Assembly: GCA_958009085.1 (NCBI GenBank)
Contig: OY253679.1
Location: forward strand, 930,001 to 994,000
From: Protoeuglena noctilucae
Taxonomy: Eukaryota
Length of the DNA: 64,000 bases
Direction of reading: 5' to 3'
A program made the translations under genes and the position numbers. A model generated the notes under the pieces. That model saw only the letters and a program-made list of their open reading frames with translations. It ran no database searches and had not been told where the DNA came from. This document shows positions 43,801 to 57,176 of the stretch, in pieces. Numbering within the stretch: the stretch's first letter is position 1; every line of letters starts with the position of its first letter.

Positions 43801-46328
43801 CGGCGGCCGTGGCGGCGCCTATGGCGGGGGCGGCTGCAGCACGGCCGGTGAAGCCCTTGAGTGGATCTGCGGTGGGTGGGGAGCCGGACTGGCTGCGTGC
43901 GGCGTTTGGGGGCGGAGAGGACCGCGCGGGTGCGGGTGCGGGTGAAGAGGGAGGGGAGCGTGCACATGGGGGCGCGAGGGCGGGTGCTGAGGGTGCCGAT
44001 GCCGATGCGCTGCTGGCGCCGTGGTGGGGCCGGGGGGCATCGCAAGCGGAGTCGCGAACGGGCGTGGAGGCGTCGCGTGGCGGGGAGAGGGCAGCGGGCG
44101 CGGGCGTCGCTGGGGAGGAGAGCGACAGCGATTCGGGGTCCCAGAGCGACAGCGAGTGGGCGGTGGCCAAGTCCAGGGCCCTGCCGCGGCTGCCCCGGCG
44201 GCGAGTGACCGAGGGGGAGAGCGCGGGGATCGAGAGCGCGGCGATGGAGGCGGCGCCACGTGGCCGGCGGCGGGCGGGGGCTCGCCAGGAGTCGCCCGTT
44301 AATGCAGATGCATCCACACCCGCGCAGTCCGCGTCTGCGTCTGCGCATGAGCCCGCGCCCTCCTCGTCGCTGGCGGGTCTCAGGCAGCGGGCACTGGCGG
44401 AGGCGGGGGTGGGGGTGACAGTGGGGGAGGCGGTGGGGGAGGCAGTGACGGGCGCTGTGGCAGTCGCTGAGGGGGCGAAGAGGGCGGTGGGCCGGCCCCG
44501 GCGGAAGGGGACGGCAGCATCATCGCCCGTCGTCGATGCGTCCGTCTCTGACAGTGTCACTGACAGTGACTCGCCGGTGGCGGCGTCGCTTGCGGCCGAG
44601 GCGTCGCCGGTCACCGCTGCGCCCACCGCAGAGACCCCAGTCATCGACACGCCGATGATGGCATCGCCCACCCCGGCATCGCCCGCTGTGGCAGCATCGC
44701 CCGTCCCTGCCACGCCAGTTGCCACACCGCCAGTGGCGGAGTCACCCGTGACCGCCCCCGCCGCCCCAACAGAGCCCCGGGCCGCGCTGGCTCGTCGTTT
44801 CGGCGGCAGGAAGCTCCCCCGCGGCCCAGAGATGGTGGCGGAGACGGGGAGCGTGGAGGCTCGGCCCACCACGTACGTCCCGTGGCTGGACGGCGTCACG
44901 CCTGCGCCTGCGCCTGCGCCTGCGATGGCCAGTGGGGTGCGCGCGCGGGCGGGGGACGGTCACAATGCGGGGGTGGTAACAGGGGCGGTGATGGGGGATG
45001 CGATGGGGGCGGTGGCAGGGGCGGTGGCTGGGGCAGGGGCAGCGAGGGGAGCGGGGGCGGTCGGAGAGGTGGGGGCGGTGGCAAAGGCGGTGGCAGTCGC
45101 AGATATGGCGGTGCCAAGTACGGCGGCGGTGGCGGAGTCGAGTCATGTTGTAAAGGTATCTGCCGTGGACGTGATTGCCGACCGTGGCGTCACGCATGCC
45201 CGGCGGCTCCCGCGCGCCGCTCCCACGCGGACCAGCGAGGAGGCGTCTGCTGCCACCGCTGCTGTTTCGCGTGTGGAGGGGCCGACTGGGAGTGACAACG
45301 GGGTCTCCGATGCCGGTATTAGTGGAAATGACGACAGTGCAGCTGTGGCATCCACGCCCATCCTCAAGCGCATGCCAAGGCCCAAGGCGGGAGACAAGGC
45401 AACCACCGCCGCCGCCGCCGCCGCGGGTGCGGACGCGGATGCCGCGGACGCTCACGCGGATGCGCACCCGGACCTGGTCGCGGCTCAGCAGGCCGCCGTC
45501 CCTGCAAAGGACGACGACCGCCCCACCGCCCCCACCGCCCCCGCGTCGACACACCGTGGCCCGGGCGATGACCTCTTCACCCCGCCGACGACGCCGACGA
45601 CGCCGCGCAGGCTGCCCCGGCACCCGGACCCGAGCCAGGGCACACCGGGGCCGTCCGGGGCAGGCCCCGCACCTGCTGGGGGGGCGGTGGAGGGGCGGCG
45701 ACGGTACAGCAGCGCGAGGCTGGGGTCCCAGGCGCGGCTGCGGCGGGTGGCGGCGGCGGCGGCGCCCGCGGCGGAGCGTGCGTCGGCCTTATCTGCGTCG
45801 ATGGAGCTGGGAGCAATGGAGGCGGTAGATGCGGTGGGGGCAGTGGCGGGCGAGGTGGGAAGCGATGCGGTGGGCGCGGGTGGGGGCGTGGCGGTGGCCG
45901 CATCTGAGGCAGAGCGAGTTGCGGGAGATGCGGGGGGCGTGGCGGTCGCGGCTGAGGCGGAGGGGGCGGCGGGGGTGGCGGTGGCGGCGCCGACGGGCAC
46001 GGGCGTGAGCGAGGGGCTGGTGGTGCAGCGGCAGGCGACGAGCCCGGCGACGTCCGCGGCCCGGCGGGCGCGGGGCGGCGGGTCGGGGCTGAGCCGGCGG
46101 GTGCAGGAGCTGCTGCGTCGGGAAGAGGCCAAAGTGGAGGAAGAGGCGAAGGCAAGGGCGGAGGTGTGGGCGTCGCTGGGGGCTGCGGCGCCGCAGGTGG
46201 TGCGGGTGGACGCTCCCGGGCATCTGGACGGGATGTGGCGTGTGGCGGGGCAGCGGGCGCGGCGCGTGGGGCGGGAGGTGCGGGTGGGGCGGCGGGCGAG
46301 GGGGGACGACGACGGCGTGCTGCAGTAG
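40819..46328 (+). CDS. NUMOD3-motif (nuclease-associated DNA-binding module) protein, probably organelle-targeted, with a very long low-complexity last exon
   Basis: EVLRRARIAAANKGKNSSWNTGK/KLSPELRAKIASATKAAMQRADVRERM..HSDETRQKISLAVK..LSEEHKRNIAETMRKRWKDSAFR contains repeated (H/L)S.E.R.KI motifs typical of plant NUMOD3 proteins. Last exon spans 42951-46328 (TAG); the next in-frame stop is TGA at 46536-46538. Confidence 0.7.
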
Positions 46329-46942
46329 ATGAGAGCTGCTCCCCTGTCGTCGCTAGAGGCATTGCAAACGCAAATGCTGGTTTCATCTGGCGCAGCTGGC
46401 GTCGATGATAGCGCAGGCGCTTTGAGGGGGGAGAGAGGCTCAGAGTTGCGCTTAGGGCATCAACTGTGGTTTTATGCCCTCCCCGTTGTCGGACTTGGTC
46501 TTTTCGCTTTGTCGACAAAGCCGCCGCTTTGTCGTTGAATGGGTGACGCTGTTTGAAGCTTGAGAGCGCACGACATTTAGCTGGACAGGCTTTGCCACAC
46601 ACGGCGATTGCAGGCACGGCCGGCGCCGAGAGTAGCGCGGTGCGGGATCTGTTCTGCGTCGTTCCGCGAATCTATAGGATAGTCCTGTGCGTCTGAGCGC
46701 CGGCTGTCTGTCACGGGGCGCGCTGGGAGGGCCGGGGGATTCACTTTGGGCGTCGCCGCTGCGTCCGGGGCTCGCGGGGAGGCTCGCGGGGGAAAGGGAC
46801 CGCATTGACGAGTCGCGCAGGCAGATCGCCGCATGTCTGCGATTCTGACGGAGCTTCAGGCGCGCGGAGCCGCGGATGCGCTGGCGAGCACTCCGGTGGC
46901 CCTGGTCGCGCCTTGATGGCCGCGTTTTGGGCTTGTCAAGCA

Positions 46943-48618
46943 ATGTCTGGCACATGCGCGTGAGTCTTGTAATCTCGACTGCGCTGGTCGCAACGCCTGC
47001 GCCGCTCGTCTCCGCAGAACGTCGCCCGCAGCGTCCTCGGCACCCTTGGCCTTTCCGACGCCCTCCTCTCCCGCGGCGACGTCTGGCGCCTCGCTCTCCC
47101 GGTCCTTCTCATCGCGCACTTCGCAGGAGCAGGTGAGCTGCGGTCTTTCCGGGCTCCGCAGCGCCCCGAGCGCTCCGCACGCGGCTGCATGGACTGAACC
47201 TTGGCGGTCCCTTGCACCCAGGCCTCCTGATCGGCTGGTCGCTGCGCCAGGCCAGCGGCGGGGCTCATCGATCGAAGAAGTCGAAAAAGGCTCCCCGCGT
47301 GCCCGCATCGGCCCGAGACGGAGGCCCGGGGGCCTCGGGGGCCCCTGCAGGCCCCGGCCCGGAGCGTTCGGGCGAGTCCGACGCCTCGATGCGCTACCCG
47401 GGACACGCGGGCCCGCACCACGAGTCGATGCCGAGGTTCTCTTCCCGAAACAAGGTTCATCCGGAGCTGCGCGCGGAGCCCGCGCAGTCGTCCGGGGCTG
47501 CCACGCCGGCCGTGACGCCGCGCACGGGCGTGCGCCCCGCGGGGCAGTGCAAGAGCGAGACGGACGCGGACGGCGCGGAGTGGCCCACGCGCGTGGAGCT
47601 GCGGCGGCCCGCCTCGGGGCCGGAGCTGGGTGTGCTCGAGTCGCCGGGGTCCAGGTGAGGGCAGGGAGAGAGGGCGGGGTGCGTTGTGATGGTGGTACCA
47701 CCACACAGAGGCTTGCTCTGCGGTTGCGTGAGAATGCCCCATGCTGTGCGTGCTTGTATGCACATCATGTCTCGTTCCATTCACTCACCGCACTGCAGCA
47801 CAACACTTGCGATGCCCCACACACACACCCGCACCACTCACCCCATCCCCATCCGCCCCCCCCGCAGCGTCGCCTCTCCCGAGCAGATCCAGGCGCTGTG
47901 CACGGCCCTGCCCCTCCGCCACCAGCAGTCCCGGTGGCGCCTCCTCTACAGCACCGCCCTGCACGGCATCTCCCTCAACACGCTATTCCGGCGCGGGGCA
48001 AACCGCAGCCCCTGCGTCACCCTGGTGCGCGACATGCAGGGCCACGTGTTTGGTTGTTACGCGTCCGAGCCCTGGCAGCGGCACGCCAGGTACTACGGGG
48101 ACGGGGAGACGTTCGTGTTTCGGCTGTCGCCCGGGCCGGTCGAGGCGTTCAAGTGGGACCAGAACAGCCAGGAGCCGAACCAGTTCTTCCAGGCGAGTAT
48201 TTGGGGGGATTGATGGGGTGGATGTCTTGTGTTAGATGTCGCGTGATGCATACACCCTTAGTCGTCATGCCGGCCTGTGCTGCTGAGGCTTGTGCATGGT
48301 GAATGCGTATGGAATCCAGTGCAGCGTTGTTGCACTGCTCCACTCTCATTGCCGTCCCGGTCGCTACACCCCCCACCATTCACATCACCACTCTCCACCC
48401 CCACTCTCACCATCCCCACCCCCCCCCCCAACCCCCCGCAGCTGGCCCAGCCCGACGCGATCGCGCTGGGCGGCGGCACCGGGTTCGCCCTGCGCATCGA
48501 CGGGGACTTGAAGTGGGGCGCCAGCAGGGCCAGCACCACCTTCAAGAACCCCTCGCTGTCAGCGGCCGAAGACTTCATGGTGGACTGCCTCGAGCTGTGG
48601 TGGCTGTCGCGGATTTGA
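46943..48618 (+). CDS. TLDc domain protein (OXR1/OXR5-like)
   Basis: LPLRHQQSRWRLLYSTALHGISLNTLFRR..PCVTLVRDMQGHVFGCYASEPW..YYGDGETFVF..FKW..NQFFQ/LAQPDAIALGGGTGFALRIDGDLKWGASRASTTFKNPSLS..EDFMVDCLELW. TGA at 48616-48618; 5' exons inferred. Confidence 0.92.
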
Positions 48619-48651
48619 ATGGGGATGGGGGTAGTGTTTGGGGGAGTTGAA

Positions 48652-48673
48652 AGAGAGAGAGAGAGAGAGAGAG
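48652..48673. repeat. (GA)n microsatellite
   Basis: Perfect GA run between the TLDc stop codon and its downstream echo. Confidence 0.9.
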
Positions 48674-49002
48674 ACCATGCATGGTCGACTGCCTCGAGCT
48701 GTGGTGGCTGTCGGGGATTTGAATGGGGCTGAATTAGGGTAGTAATGGGGCTGGGTTCGAATGAGGGGTTGCCGTTGTTACGGTTGACTGTGGCAGGTGG
48801 CCCACTTGAATAAAATGGCTCGTCTTCAATCGCGGTGTTCATCACGGAAAGGCCCTTAATCCATACCACAGCTGAGCCCTAGCGGTGCCTCAGAGCGCAG
48901 CCAAACACCGACGCAGCGCTTCGACGGACCCACCAAGCCATTGCCGTGCTACTCCCTATCTATGAACATATATATGCCCTTTCGACATCTATGCCCTTTC
49001 TA

Positions 49003-52000
49003 TCAAAGCAGTCGGTTCTGCTGGTGGGCGCGTGACATGATCCCCAGCCGAGGGTCCTCGTCAATGTCGTCGTCAAAGTCATCCAAATCATCGATATCGT
49101 CGTAATCACCACCAGTAACACCACTCACACCGCCACCACTACGTGCAGCAGCACCAGCCACCGTCGTCACGCCCGCACGCCGCCTGTCGTGTGCCTCCAT
49201 CTCCATCTCCATCTCGTCTTCGTCATAGAGCGATAGGTCCGATGCGTCGTGGGTAACCACGGGAGCCGCAGTCGGCGCGGCACGGGGCGCAGGGGCAGCG
49301 GCGGGGGCGACGGTACCGGCTGTATTGCTACCCGCACCGCCACCCACACCCGCACCGCCACCCACACCCGCACCGCCACCCACGGCCGGCCCAGTGGCAG
49401 CCGCGGCTGGGCGAGGGTTGGCGGCGGTCGCAGCGGCCATCGGAGCAGCGGTGGCGGGGCCAGGCGCGGACCCGGCCTGCCCCGCAGTCGGTGCGATGCC
49501 CGCCTTACTCTGTGCCTGTGCCTGTGGCTGTGCCGATGGCTGCTGCTGCGGCTGAGCCGTGGCTTGCGGCTGCGCCAATGGCAGTGGCTCGCTTGTCGCC
49601 ACCGCCCCGCCCTTGCTTAGCCCCGCCTGAACAGCCCCCGCACCCGCACCCTTCGCCACTCCCGCACCCGCACCCGCACCCACTCCCGCACCCACCACTG
49701 CACTCGCACTTGCCCCAGCACCCGCCCCCGCCCCCGCCCCCCTCGGCTTCCCCGTCTGCGGGTCCAACGCCACCGCCTTATCCGCACTCTGACGCACATC
49801 CGCCACACTTGCCCCAGCTACCCCAGCTACCCCAGCTGCCCCCACCGCCCCCACCCCAGCATCGCCTTGCTTGCCCCCCGCCCCTCCTACTGTCATGGCC
49901 TCCGTGTGCATCACGTGCAGCGTCTTGGAGCCATCCATGTCCGCCATCGCCTTGTACAGGTTGCCCATGTTCACCTCCACCTCCCGCAGCAAGGGGTGGT
50001 CGCGGGCCGCGCGGCGGGACTCGGCGTCCACGGCAGAGAGCTGGGGGAGAGGGAGAAGGTGAGTTGGTGAGAGTTGTTGAGAGAAGGGGTGAGAGAGTTG
50101 GTGAGAGAGGGTTGAGCGAGGAGGGGTGAGGGGAGAAGCGAGACATACACCCCACCACCACCACCACCACCACCCCCGCAATCACCAACATCCCCACCAC
50201 CCCAACATCACCCCCCCCCACACACACACTCACCAGCTCCCCATCCGCCGCAGCGTCCGCCTCGCACACCCCCACCGTGCGCCACTGGAACACGCACTGG
50301 TCGCGCCCCCCAACCGAGAACACCCATCGATCGTCATTGGAGAATCTAACACAACTGACATGGGAGCTGTGTCCTTTGAACACGCGGTGGGGCGCGTCGT
50401 CCCAGACCACGGGGTAGTTGAAGAGTCTGACACTGGCAAAGTCGTCGCCAGAAACGAGGTAGCCGCAGCCCCGGACGCCGTCGGCGGCGCTGGCGGGGGG
50501 GGGCTCCACGATGCGGGGCTGGCCCTGGTACTGCGATTGAAAGTAATTAGGATATATGAGATATGGTAGATATGGGAGATGAGAGGGTGGGAGATGGGAG
50601 AGAAGAGGTGAACACAACCCCACACTCCCTCCACACCCCCACTCACTCCCAACACCCACACCCCACCCAATACACCTCACCTGCACGAGCTTGGCGGCCC
50701 CCCTCCCCGCCCGGTCCACCGCATTCACGTCCGTGCGATCGGACCCGTCCGGCCATATCCCCATCACGTCGAACCCGTACGGGCCCGTCACCGTGTGCCA
50801 CTGCGTGTCCCTCTGATTCTGCGACACCTTGCGGCCCGTGCGGGGGTCGAAGTAAAGAACCTCGGTGGCAGCGCACTGGCTGCGGAGCAGGCACCTGCAG
50901 GGGTAAGTTGGGGGGAGGGGGTTTGGGTTAGTATTGCTACTTTATTGCATTGATAATTACGATATTATAATGCTATAATATGTACATGTTATTATAATTA
51001 CACAATAATATAATTACAAGTATTTTCACAATTATTGATACACTATGTTCTACTATTATTATTGTCATACACCCAACCCCCCAACACTCGCCTCTGGTAG
51101 TACTTGGCCGGCTCCTTCTCCTGCACCGGCAGCGACCAGTCGACAAACTCCACGCTGGCGCTGTGGCCCACGCACCGCGACACGAACTGATACCCCTTAT
51201 CCACGTCGTATATATCCACGCATAAGTCCGCGGACGCCACGGCTAAGTAGTGCTCGGGGCTACCGGGGGGGGTGTAGCACATGTCGCGCAATGCCCCATC
51301 CCCACGCTTGTGGGTCAGTAGGGGTTGTAATGTGACGGCGTCTAATATGAGCAGACGGCCGCGCTCGCTGCCCACGGCGAGGTGGTAGCCGGAACCCTGG
51401 GGGTGGAATTGGGGGGGGGGGGGGGGGGGAAGTGAGTTGGGGTGGATGGGGTGGGTGGTAGTGGCGGTGGCGGTGGGAGTGGGGGTGGTGCGGAGAGCGG
51501 TGGTGGTGGTGGAGCGGGCACTTGAAATGAAAGTAGGCAGCGGTGTGAGATGAAGACAAGACATTACTACATCATATGTATCCATCCCTCGTCATCCCCC
51601 ACACCCCCCAACCCCCGCATCCCTCACCTGCTGCGGCTGCCAGTTGGGTATCTTGGCCGACGCCGGCACCGGCTGCTGGGAGAAGGCCACCGACCGGCAC
51701 GCCATTCCCAGGTTCGCCTTGCACCGCAGGGACCGCATGGTCGCGTCCCACACGTACGCAAACCCGGCCGCGTCGACCGTGGCGAACACCGATGGGTCCG
51801 AGGGGTGCACGGCGCAGTACTCGGTGCTGTCGGTGTGGCCGTCGATCAGGATCTGTGGGAGATGGTGGGTTTGGATAATGATTACATTCATGGTGTTATA
51901 ATTACAATGGTTAGTACTCGGTCGAGTCGGTGTGGCCCTTCTTACCCACTACCATGACAGCACATATAACTGCATATCCATCAATCACCCCCACCCCCCT

Positions 52001-55000
52001 CTCACCTCCGGGTTCTCGTCCACTACCCCAACACTGCACACACATCACCACATCCAACCACCACATATCAGCACATATAAGCACGTAACCATCCACCCCA
52101 TCTCCTCTCACCTCCGCCTTCTCATCCACCTCCCATATGTCCTGCTGGTTCGTCCCAGCGATGAAGTCCTCACGGCTCGGATCGGGGTGACACGCCAGAC
52201 CGGACAAGATGGGGCGGACGCTGTTGCTACCACCACCACTCGCACCACCCCCACCATTACCACTCCCACCCCCAACTCCCTTCTCCATCAGGTAATGCTC
52301 CACCTGCTGACATCCGCACTGCCCCGACTGACCCAGCGATGCGCAGGGCGTACCCACACGCTCGCACACTTTACGCGCACGCAGCGCCGCCCCCCTCGCC
52401 GGCTGCCCGGTGGGCGTGCGTCCCGGCGGAGCCGTCAGCGACCATTCGCGGATCACCCCGTCGCCTCCGCCAGAAACGAGCGTGTTATCCGCACGCAACT
52501 CCAGCACCGCACACCCCGCTTGCACCGCCGAACCCTCCGGCCCCGTCCCCAGCACCGGCCCCGGCTCATGCGCTGGTATGACCGACACCAGCGCATACGG
52601 CTTGCCCGCTCTGGTCGGGAACGGCGGCACCCACACCCCGATGCTGCCGTCCGCAAAGCCGGTGACAATGCAGCTGTCGCCGGGGGCGTGTCCCCTGTGC
52701 ATGGCCGGCACCCACTGCAGCGACTTGACCGTCAACACCGGGAATCTCTCGAACTGGGCATTGGTGGCAATCCACTGGGGCTCCTGGTTGTCTTCGTCCG
52801 ATAAAAAGTAGGTGCGGAGGTGTTTGGAACCAAAGGTGGCGAACTCGCTGCCAGGGCCGCCGTCGTTCCTGCGATAGGGATTCCACACTGCACCGTAGAC
52901 CTGGGGAGGGACGCCGCTGTAGCCGGGGGTGGCGACCAGCAGCTCGGCGCTGTTGTCGCGCACGCGGGAGCCGGGGCGGAGGTCGCCGTCGGGGACTGCG
53001 GTGGGGGGGAAGGGGTATATGGGGAGTAAGAGTAGTTCTAGGAGTGGTTGAGTGGGATGGTGATGGGGGGTGGGGTGGTAGTGGGGGTGGTGGGGGCGGA
53101 GGTCGCCGGCGGGGACTGGGGGGGTGAAGGGGGGGGGGTATGAGATGGTGGGGTGATGGAAAGGGTGGAATTGTTAGAGAGCGTCCTGTGTGACTGCGAG
53201 GGAACTATGCAGACGTGCATGGCAACCCCCCCCTGTCAACAACAACAGACGCCCTCTCAACCACCCCACCATCCCCCACCTGCGTTGTCCATCGCCCCCC
53301 CGTCCGGCCCCATCAGCCCCGCCCTGGCCCTGGGCATGCTCCTCTCGTTGCGCGCACCCTCGAGCAGAGACTGCTTGCCGTCCTTGTCAGAATATGTCGC
53401 GTATTTCGCCAGAATGCCAGCGTCGTCCGCCTCGTCGTGGCCGGCGTGGGCCTTGTCGCGGTGGGCTGCAATTGAATAAGATTGGGAAGAGTTATCTGAG
53501 TGATATGAATGATATGGTGATAGCACAGACGATTGGTTCATGGTGAAAAAAAAAAACATTTATAGGTGCAAAACAATAACAACAAAATAAAATTTTCGTA
53601 CAAAGACAATATATATCAATAATTAAAGGTACGCCACCCCTCATTTTTCTCCCAGTAGAACCCCCTGGCCTCCAGTTGCACATTGTTGCAGACATAGTAC
53701 CCACGGTAATAGCAAATTATTAGTATACAATATAATATTGAAACCCCCCTTTCTCGCCTTTCTCCCAGTAGAACCCCCTCGCTTCCAAATCATGGACCTT
53801 CTTCCCCGGGGCCCAGTACCACCCCGGCACATACAGCGCCCTTTGCAGCAACTCGGCATTGGGCCTCCCGTTCACGTACGCCTTGCCCCCTGTCCACCAC
53901 CGCCACACGTGCACGGTGTGGTGGTTGTCCGCGCAAACTGGGGGGGTTAGGGGGGTGGGGTGTGGTGTGGTGTGGTGTGGTGGGTGTGGTGGTTGTCCGC
54001 GCACACCGGGGGGGACAGAGGGGGGTAATGATGAATGGTTGTGAGAGCGCAGTGGGGGGTGCGGGTACTGTTCACGCCACTGGTTGATGCAACTTAGTAA
54101 CCATCCACGCCACCAGTGCCAACACTCGATGCGATAGTTATCACCCATAGTCACCACCCATACCACCCACCCCCCCTTCCCCACTCACCCGTCACCAGCA
54201 CGTCCCCCCCCTTGTCCCTCTCCCCCATCAGCGCGCTTCCGCTGAAGGCGCACGCAATCACCCCCCGCATCTCCTCCCCGTGATCGATCCTCTGCAACTG
54301 CGTGCAATCCTCGGTGTCCCACACGCACACGTAGGGCCGCCCGTCGGGTCTATCGTCGTTGCGCTGCTGCCCCGTCGCCACGAATCGCCGGTTGGGGTGC
54401 ATGGCCATGCACAGCACGTTGTTGGAGTGGCCGAAGAAGTAACGCTGGCTGCGCTGCTTGTTGGCATAAGCCCCCTTGTCGAACACCACGCCCACGCCCG
54501 CCACAAAGTACACGATCTGGGGGGGTGGGGTGGGGGGGATGAGTGGTATTAGTAGATGATATCAGTAGTAGATGGTATCAGTCAGTTGGTAACTGGGATC
54601 GGTAGCCCTATCTGAGAGCACGGCACACGCTCGTTTGCACGACCGCCCCACCCCACCACCCATCCAACATCCCCCCTCATCCACCCCCCACACTACCACC
54701 CCAATAATCTCCCAATAATCCCAATAATCATCCACTCCTCGCCTCGTTCTTGTGGTTGAAGAAGAGGTTGTTGTCGAGGTTATCATTGCCCTCATATCCA
54801 TACACGTGGTCCAGGAACAGCGTGGCCCTAGGGCCATGGGCTGATCGATAAGCGACCTCGGGTTCGAATCCCGTCGGGGGGAAGACGCCCGTGAGGGATT
54901 TGGGGTAGACGATCTTGCAGCCCCCGCAGGCGAGGGCGACGTCGGCGTCGGTGGCCAGGCCGTTGCGGCCCAGCTCCTTGTTGTCGAGCAAGATCTGCGG

Positions 55001-57176
55001 AATGCGGGTGGTGTTAGCGGGATTGGTGGTCATAGTAGTAAGATGATGGTAATATGAGTAGCAGTGGTATCAAGGGTGCGTGACGGATGCAGCTCCGGTG
55101 CAGTTCCCATGCAGCTACGCAATCATCATCATCGATGACAGCCATAGCAACAACACACATTCTAAACAACAACAGCAACACCCACTTTGCTAGTTACCAT
55201 CCTCCACCCCACATCCACTCGCCTCGAACCCCAGCAGCCTGGCGGGCGCACTGGTGAGGGCGTTGACAAAGACGTCGTAGGGCAGAAGACCATCGACATC
55301 GAATCCGTATTTGACGAATATCGCCGCCGCCGCGTTGCGGGAGAGGGGCAGGCGGCGCACGGGGACGGGCACCCGGCGCTTGCCGGTGCCCGTGCCCACC
55401 CAGTCGTCGCGGTACTGGGGGTGGGGGGGTGGGATTGGTTTATGTTAGTGTTAAAGGTGATAAATATACATATACAGACATAATGTTGGTAATTGTAACA
55501 ATGTTACAATACAGTGATTGTTAGTACTTACTATATAGATACTGCACGTTCAGCCACCCAACCAACCATTCCTCACCTCCATCAGCTGCATCACGTTCTG
55601 CCACACTTGCAGGAACTGCTGCAGTGACACGCGGCCGGTACGTCCCTGGTCGACGCGCCTAAACACGCGGGTGAGCATGTCGCGCGCGTTGGTGAAGGGG
55701 GCCTGAGCGGAGGAGGGAAAAGAAAACATCATGGTGTTGATAGTGGCCATCAATAGACGACAAGAAACGACAAACATGCACTCTGCCTCACGCACCCATC
55801 CACACACCCGCACCCGCACCCGCACCCGCACCCCAACACCCCACCCTTCCCTCCCCCCCCTCACCTTTGCCTTCCTGCACCTTTCTTCAATCCTGCACCG
55901 CACGTGCGTCAGCATCATCTTCTCCAAGTGATGTAAGGTCATGCTGATGGTGCGCTCGGTGTTGGCGCGCCACATGTCCAGGCTGAAGCGGGCGTCGATG
56001 CCCTCCGTCCAGGGACTGGGAGGGGGGAGAGAGGGGGTGGTCGAGATGTGGGGATATGGTGGGACCGACAGGTGGGGATGTGATGATAGGGGCAAGAACT
56101 GAGTGGGTGTGTGGTTGGGGAAGTGACACGGGTGGTTGAGGCTGTCGCATTGCTACGGTCAATCCCCCAGTCACTCTCTCCCTCATTCAGTCACCCCCTC
56201 ACCGGAACGCCTCGGCGTGCGTGTCCCGGTCGAAGTTGAGCCTCAGCGCGTGGATCTGGTGGTGGGGAGGCATTGACGTCAGCAGCTCCTCTCTCTGTGC
56301 TTCGGTCAATTTCACCGACTCCCCCGCAAAACGACCGTCCTTCAGAGATCTCCGCAAGCTCTCCAGTTCCTGCGACGCCGGTCCCAGTTTCTTGACCGGC
56401 GGTTCTGACAGCGGCCTCGGTCCCTCGATGCGCCACCTTGCGCCCGCCCCGATCGTCAGCCGCACGTCGTTGCAGGGCTGCCCGTGCGCATCGACGGACC
56501 AGAAAGCAGGCACCTCCCGCTGCACGAGTGGCTCTCGGCCCCAGTACTGAGACTCGCACACGTGGCGCTTCTCGGCCACGCGAGCCATGGCCTCCTGACG
56601 CTGTGGGTGGGCAGGTGGGGGGTGGGGGTGTTGGGGGGGTGGGGCAGGTGGGGAGGGGCAAGGCGAGGGGTGTTAGGGGGGTGTCAAGGGTGTTAAGGGT
56701 GGAGTGGCAGATGCGAGGCAAGGTGGCATGGGCGGTGGCAGATGGAGCAATGGAGGGCAAGGGCTGCTTGGCTCATCGCACGCGGCAGCCCTCTCTAACA
56801 TCCAACCCCCATCTCTCACCTGCCTGTCGTCGATGCGCACCGACCGCCTCGCCATGCCCAGGGGGTTGTGACCCGCCAAGTGAGCCGCTCGCAGGTCCGC
56901 GGCCACGTTGCGAGGGCCAGCGGTGCCGGGACGAGGGATGTACACCGCCGTGCCCCCCCCCGCCCTTCATCGTGCTCCCCAGGCCGCCGCTGCGGGCGCC
57001 GGACGCAGACATGGGGCGGGTACGGTCCAGCGACGACCCCTGCGTGTTGCCGGAGCCTGGGGGCGCGGGCGGGGACGCGGCGTTTTGTTTCTTCACATAC
57101 AGCGATACGAGAAAAGAGACGCGACACGGCGGAAGCGCGGCGAGGCGTCTTAGCGCGCACGCCCAAAATGGGGCAT
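49003..57176 (-). CDS. Echinoderm microtubule-associated protein-like (EML; HELP + WD40) protein with EF-hand-like N-terminal region, about 14 exons; frameshift in poly-C at 56953-56961; start tentative
   Basis: HELP motif LFLDHVYGYEGNDNLDNNLFF..EIVYFVAGVGVV..QRYFFGHSNNVLCMAMHPNRRFVATGQ, and the EML C-terminal signature GFDVMGIWPDGSDRTDVNAVDR..LVSGDDFASVRLFNYPV..FKGHSSHVSCVRFSNDDRWVFSVGGRDQCVFQW. TGA at 49003-49005. Confidence 0.88.

Noticed and set aside
42917..44899. 660-aa antisense ORF and similar long shadow ORFs (25776-27437, 5560-6936, 20412-21239)
   Set aside because: They lie opposite real GC-rich coding exons, lack recognisable motifs and are expected when stop codons are rare.
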